From: Zygnema circumcarinatum SAG 698-1b
Taxonomy: Eukaryota > Plantae > Zygnematophyceae
NCBI GenBank assembly: GCA_037447605.1
Contig: CM074817.1
Location: 186,001 to 250,000 of the forward strand
Length of the DNA stretch: 64,000 nucleotides
Direction: 5' to 3'
Below the pieces are notes generated by a model. It did no database searches, had not been told where the DNA came from, and was given only the letters and a program-made list of their open reading frames with translations. The position numbers and the translations under genes were made by a program. Numbering within the stretch: position 1 is the stretch's first letter; each line of letters opens with the position of its first letter. Below, in pieces: positions 36,170 through 58,460 of the stretch.

Positions 36170-39100
36170 CTACTTAGCATTTGGAACCCCTAGGTCTTGT
36201 GCGGGAGGCTTCGGTTTCCTCTTATGGCCTATAACATTAGCCAATGCTTTGCGTGTACATGTTGGGAACATGTTGATGTGGAGACGGCCCAATCTCCGAA
36301 GCACATATCCAAAGCTGAGTTGATCTCTCGCACTGAACCGAACATTTTCGTTGAACCAAAGGCACATGAAAAGGTTCGTCAGCGGGGTATGCTCCCTCAC
36401 AATAACTGAAGCTTCAGCTAGAACTGAAAAAAGACCCACCATAGAAACGAATTAAGAGTTAGTAAATCAAGTATTAGCATCCAACCAAGTGATCTTTTGA
36501 TCTTGCCACAAACAAACAAACATTCACTCCCATTCCCTTTCTCTCTCTCTCTCTTCTCTCCCTCTCACCTCTCTCTCTCCCTTCTCTCGATTGGGGCTCA
36601 AACCTTACCTCGTCGCCCATCAAAAGTAGCATTCTGTGGAAAGCCCTCCATGTGATATTGGTGCAGCTGCGATGCCACCTCCTCCGGACTCGCTTTCCTT
36701 TTAGCAACTATGGCCTCTCCCTCCTTATAGACGCAGCCCCTTGCTCCATGTTCGGAGATAGCCATTACTGCTTGAGGGCGCCATAGAAGGGCTTCCAAAA
36801 CCGCAATTGGGTCTCTTCGGAATTGCAATTTTGCATCAACCCAGATAGAGAATTGTGCACGTTTGAACAGACGATGACTCAGCATCTGTAGTATAGACAA
36901 AGAGTACATGGCAATACTTCTTATTTCTTATCGGCTTTAGCCCATGCCAAGGAACCTGAAAATACAGTCATCACGACGTTTCTTAAGAGAAAACGAACAC
37001 TTTCTCCCTCCATTCTTTGTCATTTGATTGCTATTAGGTATTATCTCAAGCTGTCAATCTGAAGAAGAACCGTTAGCTGAACTCTCTCTCTCTCACTCAT
37101 GCCATTCTTCACCCCCCAGTTTCTCCTCACAGAACAAGTCTTTACCTTCGGTATTTTGCCATTACGTCGTTGATCCAAAAACGGCAAATCGCTGACAACG
37201 ATGATTCGCCACAAACCCACCATCTTCGTTTCCATGTCCATCAAAATCCCTTCTTCTGCCATTGCTGCAACTGTCATATTATCCCAAAATGCCACATAGC
37301 ACGTCTGAAAGCAGCCACATTCCCATCCCATGGACCACATGAGTACTTACAACACCTTTTGTTTGATCACCTGCACCATGTACAATGCCAAAACAGAGAA
37401 CCTTTTAGTCATACATAGTCACATTAGTCAGCATTGTACCTTGGCAAGGGAGGCGTTAGTCATGCCTATGGGCTGCCAAAGATCATCTCCTCCTCCAAAA
37501 GTACACGTGGCAACAACCACTTGACAGCTGCCCATGAACCGCTCATCCTGCGAAGAAACAGTGAACCCTGTTTTGCTTCCTCCCCCGAAACCACAGTGAA
37601 CTTCCATGTCTTCTTTGACCTGCAAATATCCAAAAAGAAAAAAACAAACTGCCTGCTGTAAGCACAGGTAGCTAGTAATCTTTCTTCAGTTTCTGCCAGT
37701 TCCTTTTTTAGGGGTTTCTTGAACCTACGATTAATATATTCGCTGTGATCATTACTTGACTCATATTTATAATACCAGTCGCCGAAAACCACGACTAGTA
37801 TCGTGCTAAACAAAGCAATCGAACAGTCAAATGTGGTGTTCGTTGATTTCCCTTTTTCAAGTTTTAAAAGTATTTCTTAAGCTCACCAGAAAGCTCTCAG
37901 CTCGCTCTGCCCACGTCTGTTTCCCTGCAAACAAGTTCATTTTTGCAGTTCGTCCCTTTTGACCTTCCACTATTCCGGCTGCTTCTTCAATGTCCAGCGC
38001 ATCATCATCTACTCCATAGTAGTGAAGACGTTCAATTGGACTAGGGGTCGGAGGTGGTAGCTCCAACTTAGCTATTTCGTCCTCAGGGAGAAGGTAAATA
38101 CATGCTGCATCCGAACAATGCGATCACCCAAGTTCCGTTTCTTTTCATTTCATTATTTTGCCTCAAATTGAGAACGTGCCTTTCGTCTATCGACACGCAT
38201 GTGCTTTATGTGCTTTTCAGCTGTTTCCAGTGCAGCCATACATGCTCAGAAGCTTTGAAACAAACGTGAGGAAGGGATTAACTAGATTCACCACAAAGAC
38301 TTTTCAAATTAAGGCTTCAATTCCAGAGACCAATTTCAGAATGTGAAATTCGACGTTTTATTCCATTGGGTTTGAAGAAAGAAGCGGGAGCGAGCGCACG
38401 CTGATGGATGCCGTTCACTTTCCGAAGGGGAATGCTGACGTCATTCACCGCGGCAAGCCTTTTGTCGCGATCCTCCTCTGCAATCGAATTGCATCCGAGT
38501 GTTGGTTTATAAAAAAATTTGAATCTCAATTAAGAACCTAAACCCTACTCTATCAGAATCTGAAGTTTCACTCAATCTGCATCTGAATCTCAACTAATTT
38601 GAATTTGAATTTTAAAAAATGAAATGGGCCATAACGAGCGGATCAACCGCCCGCTAAAAGAGAACACTGACATTGAGAAACGATCTGAAAGAAAGAAATA
38701 GGGATTTAGAAAACCCAATGACAAAGAGAAGTAAGCAGCAATGCCGACCTGTGAGAGAGGAGTGGTTGCTGTGCTGAACAACTTTCTGCAAGTTGGAGAG
38801 ATACCGATCGAGCCATTCGACGTCTTGGATCTGTAACGACTCCGACTGAACTCCATGTTCGCGCAGGACTGCACGCAGGACCTCCTTTCTCACTGCGGAA
38901 AACAAGAGAAAGATTAAGCCCATTAAGTCCATTAAGCCCATTAAACCCATTAAACCCAATTCCCTTGAATGTATAAGCACTTCAACCCACTTCCCTTCTT
39001 CTCCTTCCCCCCCCTCCTCATCTTCAGAACGCCTCAAACCCCAAATCGGGAGCCCTAACCCTAAATGCAGAAGGAGAAACTTGACAGCAGTCGGAAAACG

Positions 39101-39678
39101 CGGTGCAAACCGGCTGCGATGAGAAACCTAAATGCAGTGAAACTTGCAAAAAGACTTAAAAGAATCTTGCGCGAGAAATTCCCTCCCTTACGCCTCCAAA
39201 TCCTTTGATTCCCAAAGCCCCAGGTGAGAGCGATGGCGAAGGAGTGGGGGGGCCCGGGAGGGAGGGAGGGAGGAGGGAGGGAGGGAGAGAGAGAGGGAGG
39301 GAGGAAGGGAGGCAGAGAGGGAGAGAGAGAGGGAGGGACGGAGGGAGGGAGGGAGGCAGAGAGGGAGAGAGAGGGAAGGAGGGACGGAGGCAGAGAGGGA
39401 GAGAGAGGGAGAGGGAGAGGGAGGGAAAAAGAGAGCGAGAGAGAGAGCCCACATGCCAGATGCCGCGCCCAGGCCTCTCGCCGTGCCAGCTGCACCACCT
39501 CCGCGATGAAGACGAGGGCGCTGAGGAGGAGGATGGCCACCACCCAGCGGTGGAAGGAGCGCAGCAGGGAGGGCGACACGTGGCGCTGTGAGAGGCTCCG
39601 GCTGGGCATGTTCCCACGTGCGAAGCCCCCCCCCCCCGCGTCCTGCCCCGCCCCCCTCCGCCCTCTCTGGAGCGCCAT
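36170..39678 (-). CDS. DUF616 (TOD1/MUCI70-like) glycosyltransferase-like type II membrane protein
   Basis: N-terminal TM helix WVVAILLLSALVFIAEVVQL. Motifs FAGKQT, VVVATCTFGGGDDL, WRIIVVSDLPF..RRNGKIPK, HRLF...SIWVDAKL, AISEH and LFMCLWFNE..RDQLSF. Confidence 0.9.
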
Positions 39679-40441
39679 ATCCTTGAGCGCCCCAAGGGGG
39701 GCTGGAAACCCTAAATTCATGGAACGGGCAGGCAGTTGGGAAATCCGTTCGCAGATTCGAGACGTAACGGCTTTGAACGGTATGCGATGGCGACGGTTAA
39801 CGGCATTTGGAGCATGGAGAGGGTACTGGTTCCATGGAAACAGGGGCTGTTGGAAATTTGGTTAAACTGCACTGAGGCACGGAAAACGGAAATTAGCAAA
39901 AAAGTCGAATTTTCCTGTACACGGTTCAACTTTCTCCAACCACTTCAACGTTATGCTGACGTATTTCAGCAGCACTTGATGACGTCATATTTCATGCTTG
40001 CGGCTGGTTTGTTGTTTCTGGAGATGGAGGAGGTTGGATGAAACCTCGTCGAAATTCGGGTCTCGCCTTCGTACCCGAATAAAAAAATGGGGTATGCTAA
40101 CCATAAAACCAAATAAAGCTCGACACGTGGCACTCATAACCGTGCTAACCTCCGGGCAGCCCAAACGTTTTTCGGGCAGCCTCAAACCCTCTCCCATCCG
40201 CCTCTTCCAGCCAGTTCGCACGTGCGAACGGTTAGCAATTGAAAAACTTCGGTTTGGAGGTTGCGAACCTCTCCGCCTCAGTTTGCAACTCCGGCGGTTG
40301 AATCAGTTCAAGAAGAAAATTGAACTCGGGGTTTCAGAATCAACTGTTGTAAGGAAAAATTGAAAAAGTATATTTTGGAATTTATTATGTACACATTTTT
40401 TTTGGCTAGATACACACCTTTTTGGTTAAATATAGCCCTGG

Positions 40442-40475
40442 AAACCCTACAAACCCTAAATCGCTAAACCCTAAA
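40442..40475 (+). promoter_or_regulatory. Cluster of three telo-box (AAACCCTA) motifs in a divergent promoter region
   Basis: AAACCCTA at 40442, 40451 and 40466, between the DUF616 (-) and RETICULATA (+) starts. Confidence 0.4.
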
Positions 40476-40576
40476 TCTGACTGGCGAAGTGTGTATCTTG
40501 CCAAGAAGGTGTGTAAATAGCATCCCAGTATACTATTTCAAAACAAGTACTCTGCATCCTCCTATTACCATGCATT

Positions 40577-40776
40577 AGGGGGAGTCAGACCTTGACCATC
40601 GCTTACGAAATTCCTGAATTCCTTATACTAAAGTCAAAGTTTCGTGTACGAATTCTGGGTCGGGATCCGCGGCTCCGCCATACCCAGCCGTAACGAAATG
40701 CGTACCTAGCCAATGCTTAATTCGCCCGACAGGCTTACGAAATTGATTTGGCGATGGTCAAGGTCTGACTCCCCCT
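40577..40776. mobile_element. MITE, 200 bp, same TIR family as 13025/13163
   Basis: Perfect 26-bp TIR AGGGGGAGTCAGACCTTGACCATCGC, with ATT on both sides. Confidence 0.88.
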
Positions 40777-41290
40777 ATTGAGTCGACAAATTCTGTACTA
40801 ATTCTGCTTTGTGCCTGAGCTTGAAACCTAGAAACGTTTTCACACTTTCCGATTTCAAAATCAGTACGAAATTCCTCGCGTATAATATGTAAACCATTCC
40901 GAAGTACTCCCTTCACGTTCCACCCCACACCGACAAACGCCCAGTGTGAACGCCCCCGTTCCGGCCGCCGCGACTTTGCGACCTGCGGTTTGCGGCGCCG
41001 CTTTCGGAGGGGGCCCCTGCCACGTGGCGTGGCTCCAGCGTGGCGAGAGATCTATCCAATCAAAATCTGTCACGTGTACACTCCCTTTCGATTTCACAAG
41101 TGCGGGACAACTACGAGTCTCGAAAGCTTCCGGACCGTGTGAACGGTCCGACCGACTTTTGCGGCGGCTGTGCCTCCCCTTCTTTTGCCACCCCTTCTGT
41201 CTCCACCCCTTCTCTCTCTCTTCTCTCTCGCTCTCTCTCTCTCTCTCATACATAAACGAAAGCTCCCCTTTCTGAAAAAAAGTATTAATT

Positions 41291-42777
41291 ATGTCAGTCA
41301 TGGCCGCCTCTTTGCTCTCCCTCTCCGCCCCCTCACACATCGACTCCCTCCATCACGCCTCCTCTCCCGAACGCTCCTCTCTCCCTCCCACCACCTTCCT
41401 GCCACCCACTCTTTCTCGACCCACGTGGGAACTCAGATCCACAACCCTTCAGCAAACCCCAGTCTTTCCCTCTCACACTCCCTGCTCTTGCCATCTGTCG
41501 CAATTCTCAAACACCTCCTTTCTCTCACTCTCGCCCTCTCCCTCTCACTTCCCTCCCCATGTGACCCTAAGCCATGGCTTCGTTCCCCGCAGTATCGCCA
41601 GCAATGCGGTACAAGTTGGCCTTCCAAATGAGGAGGAGCCTTCTCTTGCAGCAGGAGGGGGAGACGGAGGAGAGGGGCATTCTGGGGCAGGAGGATCCGG
41701 GCGTGGGAGTGGGGGGGGAGGGGAGGGAGCGGGAGAGGGTGGGAGTGAAGGGGAGGAGGGAGACCAGTATGGGCCCATTCTAGATGTAGCGATGGTGGGA
41801 GAGATTTTGGCTAAGGAGGGCGTTCAGCTGCCTATTGATATGGCCGACTATGCGAAGATCCGAGGCATTCCAGCTGTTCTTTTATCGCGATACATCGCGC
41901 TAGAGGTCAGGGCCTACATCCTCCGCATACAATGTATATAAAATTCCTCATTTCTCATGTTACATAGCTGATTGGGATGAATTTCCCCCCACTCTCTCTC
42001 CCCCTTTCACTCCACCTCTGTCTCAAGCCCTCGCTCTCTCTCTCTCTTTTCTGCCATACTTCGTCGCCTCTCCTCTCTCTCCCCCTCCTTGTTTTCCTGG
42101 TTCCGATAGCAGTTTCAAGATTTCAACTCGTTTAGCACATATTCTTAAGGTTTCAATGAATGAGTTAAAAAATCTAAAGGCGTCCTGCAAACGCCTCTGT
42201 CAACCAAAACAGAATTAAAGTTCGTTAGTTGCAGGAAATAGCACCAATGCAAAACAGTGCGAGAAAGAGCAATGGAAAGGAAAGGGCATGGGCAGCGCCA
42301 AACTTTCTTAGCTTCAGTTCGGAATGTTTTGATCTTCTGCAAAATTCAAACAACAACATCCTTTTTCTGTTCATACCTAAGAAATTCAGCTGGTTTTAGT
42401 CTGTAACCCGCTTCGGAAGCATTTCCATGTGGGCTTTTGTCGACTGTTTGCCTTATTCTCGCAGTTTCTCATTCGATACTGGACCAATACTATAGCCTCT
42501 GGTTTGTTAGGGTATTTGACTGCATGACCTCCACTCTGACTAACTAAAAGTAGTACACACCATACTTAAACTTTTCTATCTCTTTGCAATATTAGGGTAG
42601 CTAATTGTAACTTTTTTATCCTTTTGCAATTTCAGGGTAGTTGGTTAGGGCCTTTTGTCCGGCGTATTGGCCCTTTGCGCGATCGACTATTGGCAGATCC
42701 CTCATTCTTATTCAAAGTCGGTACAGAAGTAAGTGAACCTTTCCTTTCACTGTTCCCTTTCCCCCTTACGTATTCTT

Positions 42778-42817
<40 letters not shown>

Positions 42818-44089
42818 CGTTTTTCCCTCTCACCCTTCTCTCTGTCCCTCTGCTCATGCCCCACTCTTGCTTCCTCTTCTCGCTGCTTTCCCTATCCTTT
42901 CCTCACTTCTCCTTCATCTTCTTTTTCTCCCTCTTCACCCCTCTCTCTCTCTCTCTCTCTATCTCCCTCCCTTTCAATCTCTTCAAGGACCTACACTGCC
43001 CAAAACTTTGACCCAAAAGCTCAAATCCTCCCGAGTTATAAGCGATTACTGGCGATGAAGTTTTCGCTGATTGTTATTTTTTCTCTGCCCTGGAACCTCG
43101 GGCAGGTATTGATCGACTCCGGATGTGCAACATTTGCTGAAATGAAACAACGCGGAGAGGATTTTTGGAAAGAATTTGATTTATATGCTTCAGATGTGCT
43201 CGTAGGGATCGTTCTCGACGTTGCATTGGTCGGCATGCTAGCGCCGGCGGCTAGGTTTGGGGGACACGTGGCAGCTCCTAAGGGGTTGAGAGCAAAGCTA
43301 ACACAAGCTTTCCGAGCTCTTCCGAACAGGTACTAATTAAAACCGTGAAGAAAGACTCTTTTTATATATATATTTTTTCAATATTTTTAATATGGCATCT
43401 GCAAGTTATCGCTAAGGAGTAATTGTACCGAAAGCTTGCGTAACGATGAGGTCTGGTTTTTGGGTTTTTTTCTGTATTACTGTTTTTAAGCTGACGTGGC
43501 ACTGTGTGATTGGTTGCAGTATGTTTGAGGCAGCGCTGCCCGGACAGAAATTCTCCATCGGCCAAAGGGCTGCCACGTGGTTTGTTAAGGTAAACCTGTT
43601 AGGGCTGCTTAGTAATTTTGTTAAAGAAGGGGGGGGGTGGGGGGAAGGGGGGGCTTATGTTTGTTTCTTGGGTTTAAGTATGGGTTTCTGTAAAAATGTC
43701 CAGTTTTTTTCAGGACAATTTTCACCCTTATCTAATAAACTTCGTTTCATACCTGCAGGCCGGACAATATAGTGTTGCAGGCTTCAGTTGTGGCTTTGTC
43801 GGACAGAGCTTAGCGAGCTCCTTGATTCACTTAAAAAGGTGGGTTGGTTGCAATGTTGGCTGTTGTGCTTATCCTTATTTGGAAGATAAATATGATTGAA
43901 TCAGTGTTACTGAGGGCGGGCTACTGATGGAAGTTGGCTTTCTCTTCGCAGGCGGTTCCGTAAGCCGGAGCATGGCGAGGAAGAGGTTCAAGTGCCGGCA
44001 ACCTTCCAAACTGCATTGCTATGGAGTAAGTGGTCATAAGTGTACATAATCACGATAATGATCATCATCATCACGATCATGACCAGCAG

Positions 44090-44180
<91 letters not shown>

Positions 44181-44231
44181 GTCATCATCATCATCACCAT
44201 CACCATCATCACCATCATCATCATGGTGATG

Positions 44232-44269
<38 letters not shown>

Positions 44270-44954
44270 TCATCATCATGGTGATGATCATCATCATCAC
44301 GATCATCACCACCATCATCATGATCATCGCCATCATCATCATGGTGATGATCATCATCATCACGATCATCACCACCATCATCATCATGGTGATGATCATC
44401 ATCATCACGATCATCACCACCATCATCATCATGGTGATGATCATCATCATCACGATCATCGCCACCATCATCAAGATCATCGCCATCATCATCATGGTGA
44501 TGATCATCATCATCATCATCACGATCATCACCACCATCATCATGATCATCATCACCATCATCATCTCCATCATCATCGCCACCATCATCACCATCATCAT
44601 CGCCACCATCATCATCATCATCATCATCATGTTGTGATGAGTGAGGTCCACGAGTGACTTATCCATCTTGACGACTCACCCATTCAACATCCCGAGTGTC
44701 CGAGGCCCGTCCTAGCCCTAACACTTCCGTTGCTCTTGTGGCCATCATCATCATGTTCAGGCGCGTTCATGGCCGTGTCCTCCAACACGCGCTATCAGGT
44801 CATCAACGGCCTCGAGCGCGTCGTGGAGGGCTCCCTCGTGGCGCGGAGAGTCCCCCTCCTCGCGGCCGCCTTCACCGTCGCCGTACGGTTCGGGAACAAC
44901 ATCTTTGGAGGGATTCAGTTCGTGCAGTGGGCAAAGCTCTCCGGCGTGCAATAG
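41291..44954 (+). CDS. RETICULATA-related (DUF3411) plastid envelope protein
   Basis: Ser/Thr-rich transit-like N-terminus and Gly-rich linker. Motifs RDRLLADPSFLFKVGTE, IDSGCATFAE..RGEDFWKEFDLYASD, FMAVSSNTRYQVINGLE and RFGNNIFGGIQFVQWAKLSGVQ-stop. Confidence 0.93.
44036..44637. repeat. Intronic (CAT/ATC)n microsatellite with higher-order units of about 45-50 bp
   Basis: Lies between RETICULATA exons. The unit catcatcatggtgatgatcatcatcatcacgatcatcaccac recurs. Confidence 0.9.
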
Positions 44955-47369
44955 GCCGCCAATGGGGGACTCAAGCTACTTCGACAATTGGCGGACAATT
45001 CACTTCTATTGGATGACAATCCTTTACGGCATTCGCCCTTTGCATTAGAACCGAGTGTGAGGGTTCGATCTGTAAGGCCATGTGCCATATATTAGAATTT
45101 TCTTGTCAAGGTGAATATATCGATGGGGAAGCAGATGAAGCGGAGCTTATGATTCCATTGTAATGGAATGACATTTGGGGGTATAGATCACTATTTTTTG
45201 ATCTTCTGCTTCATCGCAATTTTAATGGAGCTATTTGGATTGGTCACTGCATGTTGTGGGTGGCATCCCCCTTCACAGGAGCGCATGTCCTTTTTCCTAG
45301 CGCAGTTGGTATCACAGAATAGCACATACTATGAAATGTCAACCTCAAAAAAGTTTCAACAAATACAGCTCACAAGGAAAGGACAAGTGCACTCGACGGC
45401 CACGATCTTCCCGATCCGTGTAACGGATTCCTGACACGTGTCCCGCGCTGTAGTTCGAGTACTGGGGGAAGCTTCCTAGGCCTGAAATTCCGTCACGTCA
45501 CGCCATTTTTGTCCCCATCTGCCGTCAAGTCAAAGTCCACATACACCGTCCGATTCATTTTCGCACGCCCAATCGACGGCTCCGAATCGCCGTTCTTTGC
45601 CCCTGCCCAGACATGCGGGCAGCTAATATTAAATATAAAAGTGGCCCTTCAAAAAAAAGTCTATCTGCCCGTAGCCACTTACTTTTCATCGGACCGTCCA
45701 ATACCAGATCCAACGGCCAAAATATGCTGCAATTTCGGGCAGAAAAACAATTTCCTCGTCCCGGGTTTTAACAAAAAAAAAACGGCCCTGCTTAGGTTGG
45801 GCCCCTCCCTCCCAGCGGCGCAGGCTCCCGTGGGCGATCGCACGTGGGAGGGACGGCGGATCTGGCGGCCACGTGGCGGGCAGAGAGAGAGAGCGCTAGG
45901 GGAGCGGCACGTGGCGGGGCGCCCTTATGTCGGGGCTCCCCCGCGGCGCTCCGTTGGCTCAGGAGGCGCAGCAGGTGGGTCCAGGGAGGGGAGGGAGAGG
46001 GAGAGGGAAAGGGAGAGGGAGAGGGAGAGAGAGAGGAAGGGGAAAAGGGACAGGGACAGGGAGGGGGAGAGGGAGAGGGAGAGGGAGAGGGAGGGGGAGG
46101 GGTAGGGGGAGAGGGAGGGGGAGAGGGAGAGGGAGGGGAGGAGGGAGAGGGGAGAAGGAGAGGGAGAGGAGGGAGGAGGAGGGAGAGTGTGGGAGAGGAG
46201 AACAAGAGAGGGAGAGATGGAGTAGGAAGGTAGAGAGGAGGGAGAGGGGAGGGAGAGGGGGTTTTGAACGGGGTGGACGGGAGTGAGTATGGAAGGGAGC
46301 AGAAGGTATGTTTGAAAAAGAGAGAAAGTTAATGATTGTGGAGGAGCGCCAGGGAGAGGGAGGGAGGGCGAGAGAGCAGGGGCGGGAGGGATGTGAGAGA
46401 AGGGAAGGGAGGAGAAGAGGAGGTTGAGCGAGGTTGAGGCTGGAGGCTGCACATGGAGGGACTGAGGGAAGGGGATGAAAGGGAGAGAGTCGCAGGGCGG
46501 GATGATGGCTGAGTGGAGAGAATGGGCATGGGCTGTATTATTGCTGCGGAGACCCTCTTAGAAAAATGACAACTGGATGTGATGAGAGTGAGTCTTGTAA
46601 ACTGGAGGAGGAGACAGGGAGAGAGTGAGCGAGAGGGGGAGGGAGAACTGGGGGAGCGCCATACAGGGTGTAGGGTAGGGCTAGGACTGGAATTAGGTTT
46701 AGAGGTCATGGCCAGAGGTAGGGTCAAGATTAGGGCTAAGTTTTTGCTACGGGTAGGTCTACTTTTAGGGTTGGTGCCACGACTATTGGTTGTTCAAAAC
46801 TAGGATTAGATACTGGAGTTGAAAGACAGCCTAAATTTCTTGAGTTCCTGAGGGGGTTTTTAAGTTCAGGTGTAATGTGAGCTTGGACTACTTGTGCTCC
46901 TTTCCCTTAATATTTCAGCATTAGCGAGCATACCCGTTCTTGTTTTAACCGGCTAAAGGTTCAAATGTACCTGTTGTCAATTCGTATTCAGAATTGCGAA
47001 ACCTTTCATTTTGAATCATTTTTTTCCCATTTCGCGTTCAGGAGCCATATAGCTGCACCTATCTGCTTCTAGTCGAAAGACGGGGTCACTATTATGCTTA
47101 GACAGTTCCGTTACCATTTTCCTTGAGACCTTGCAAGAGTCCACCACTCGCATAACACCTTCTGCAAGTTGCAGTTCGTATCAACCCATGCTCCGGCAGA
47201 AGCCTGCGTGTCTCATAGAGGAACTAGATACCGTGCAAACGGTTTGAACATAACTTATCAACTAGTCCTTTCTGTCAGTGTTTGCTTGTACTAGATTTAT
47301 AAACTCTAGATGTGCACCAAAGCAATTGTACACCTTGTTTCAACTGAGTAACATATCTCAGGCATTCAC

Positions 47370-53114
<5,745 letters not shown>

Positions 53115-53386
53115 GTAAATTTTTCACCAAAATAATGCAAAATAGTTTTTCAAACAAAACATTNNNNNNNNNNNNNNNNNNNNNNNNNNNNNNNNNNNNN
53201 NNNNNNNNNNNNNNNNNNNNNNNNNNNNNNNNNNNNNNNNNNNNNNNNNNNNNNNNNNNNNNNGAACACCTGCTTACGTGGGACGTTTTATCGTCTATGG
53301 CATCCCTTATCAAATTCCTCCCCTCCCTCTCTCCGTCGCCTCCCTCTCTCCCTCTCTCTCCCTCTCTCCCTCCCTCCCTCTATCCC

Positions 53387-57625
<4,239 letters not shown>

Positions 57626-58460
57626 GGAAGGTTCTTAAGAAAAATGGTAAAATTTGCGAAGAAGTGTTGATTAAACAGCAGTGTAGAAGTGTAAAGTTTA
57701 AGGTAGGGTCACAGCATGGGGTTCTGTTATGTTCTGTGTATATTCAGGTGGAACTTTTATTTGCTGCATACGAGTCTTTAGAGGAGTCTCTTCATACCAT
57801 TGGGGATTCTGTGATCTCATCATATTGAGGAGATTCTTACTGTACATGCAGAGGGGTTTTTGGCTTCCATTAGGGCACATTGAGTCGGCGAGAAAGAAGG
57901 AGAAGGTGACTTTGCAGGTGACTTTTATAGAGAGCCTTTTGTCTTAGGAGCGCTGACGTTCAATTTTGTATTACTCAAAACTATTTATTCGTATGCTTAG
58001 AGCTTCACAAATTTCATTAGTTCCATCTTGATAAAGGAAAGAACCCTCACGGACTGCAATGAAGACACGAGATGCAAATTTTCCCTCGTCACTGGGTCAC
58101 TTCAACGAACAATTGAAACAATAACAGAGATAAGAACGGCAACGGAAACGGAAGTCAAAGTCTCAACTGAATATGGGTTACTGCACTACATAACACAAAC
58201 CTAATTGCAAGCGTTGTCCTCCAAGGGGGCTTCTTATTCCCCTGAGAGCCTAAGGGACAAGCCATGAAAGAACAAAGAATAATAAGGAGGTAGACTTAGC
58301 ACGCGCGTGCTAACTGAGCCCCTTGATAGAAATTTCAATGTCGGCTTCAAAGCTGGAATGAAGAAGCAAATTCTAAAATCACATTCACACGTTCTAAGGG
58401 AGGACAAAGGACAAGCTTCCCCTCCCTCTCTTGCAGGATATCCTTTTTTTATGGCATCCG

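Noticed and set aside
44030-44666. His/Asp-rich or Met/Ile-rich ORFs resembling a metal-binding protein
   Set aside because: They are translations of a (CAT)n microsatellite lying between two RETICULATA exons with normal splice sites.
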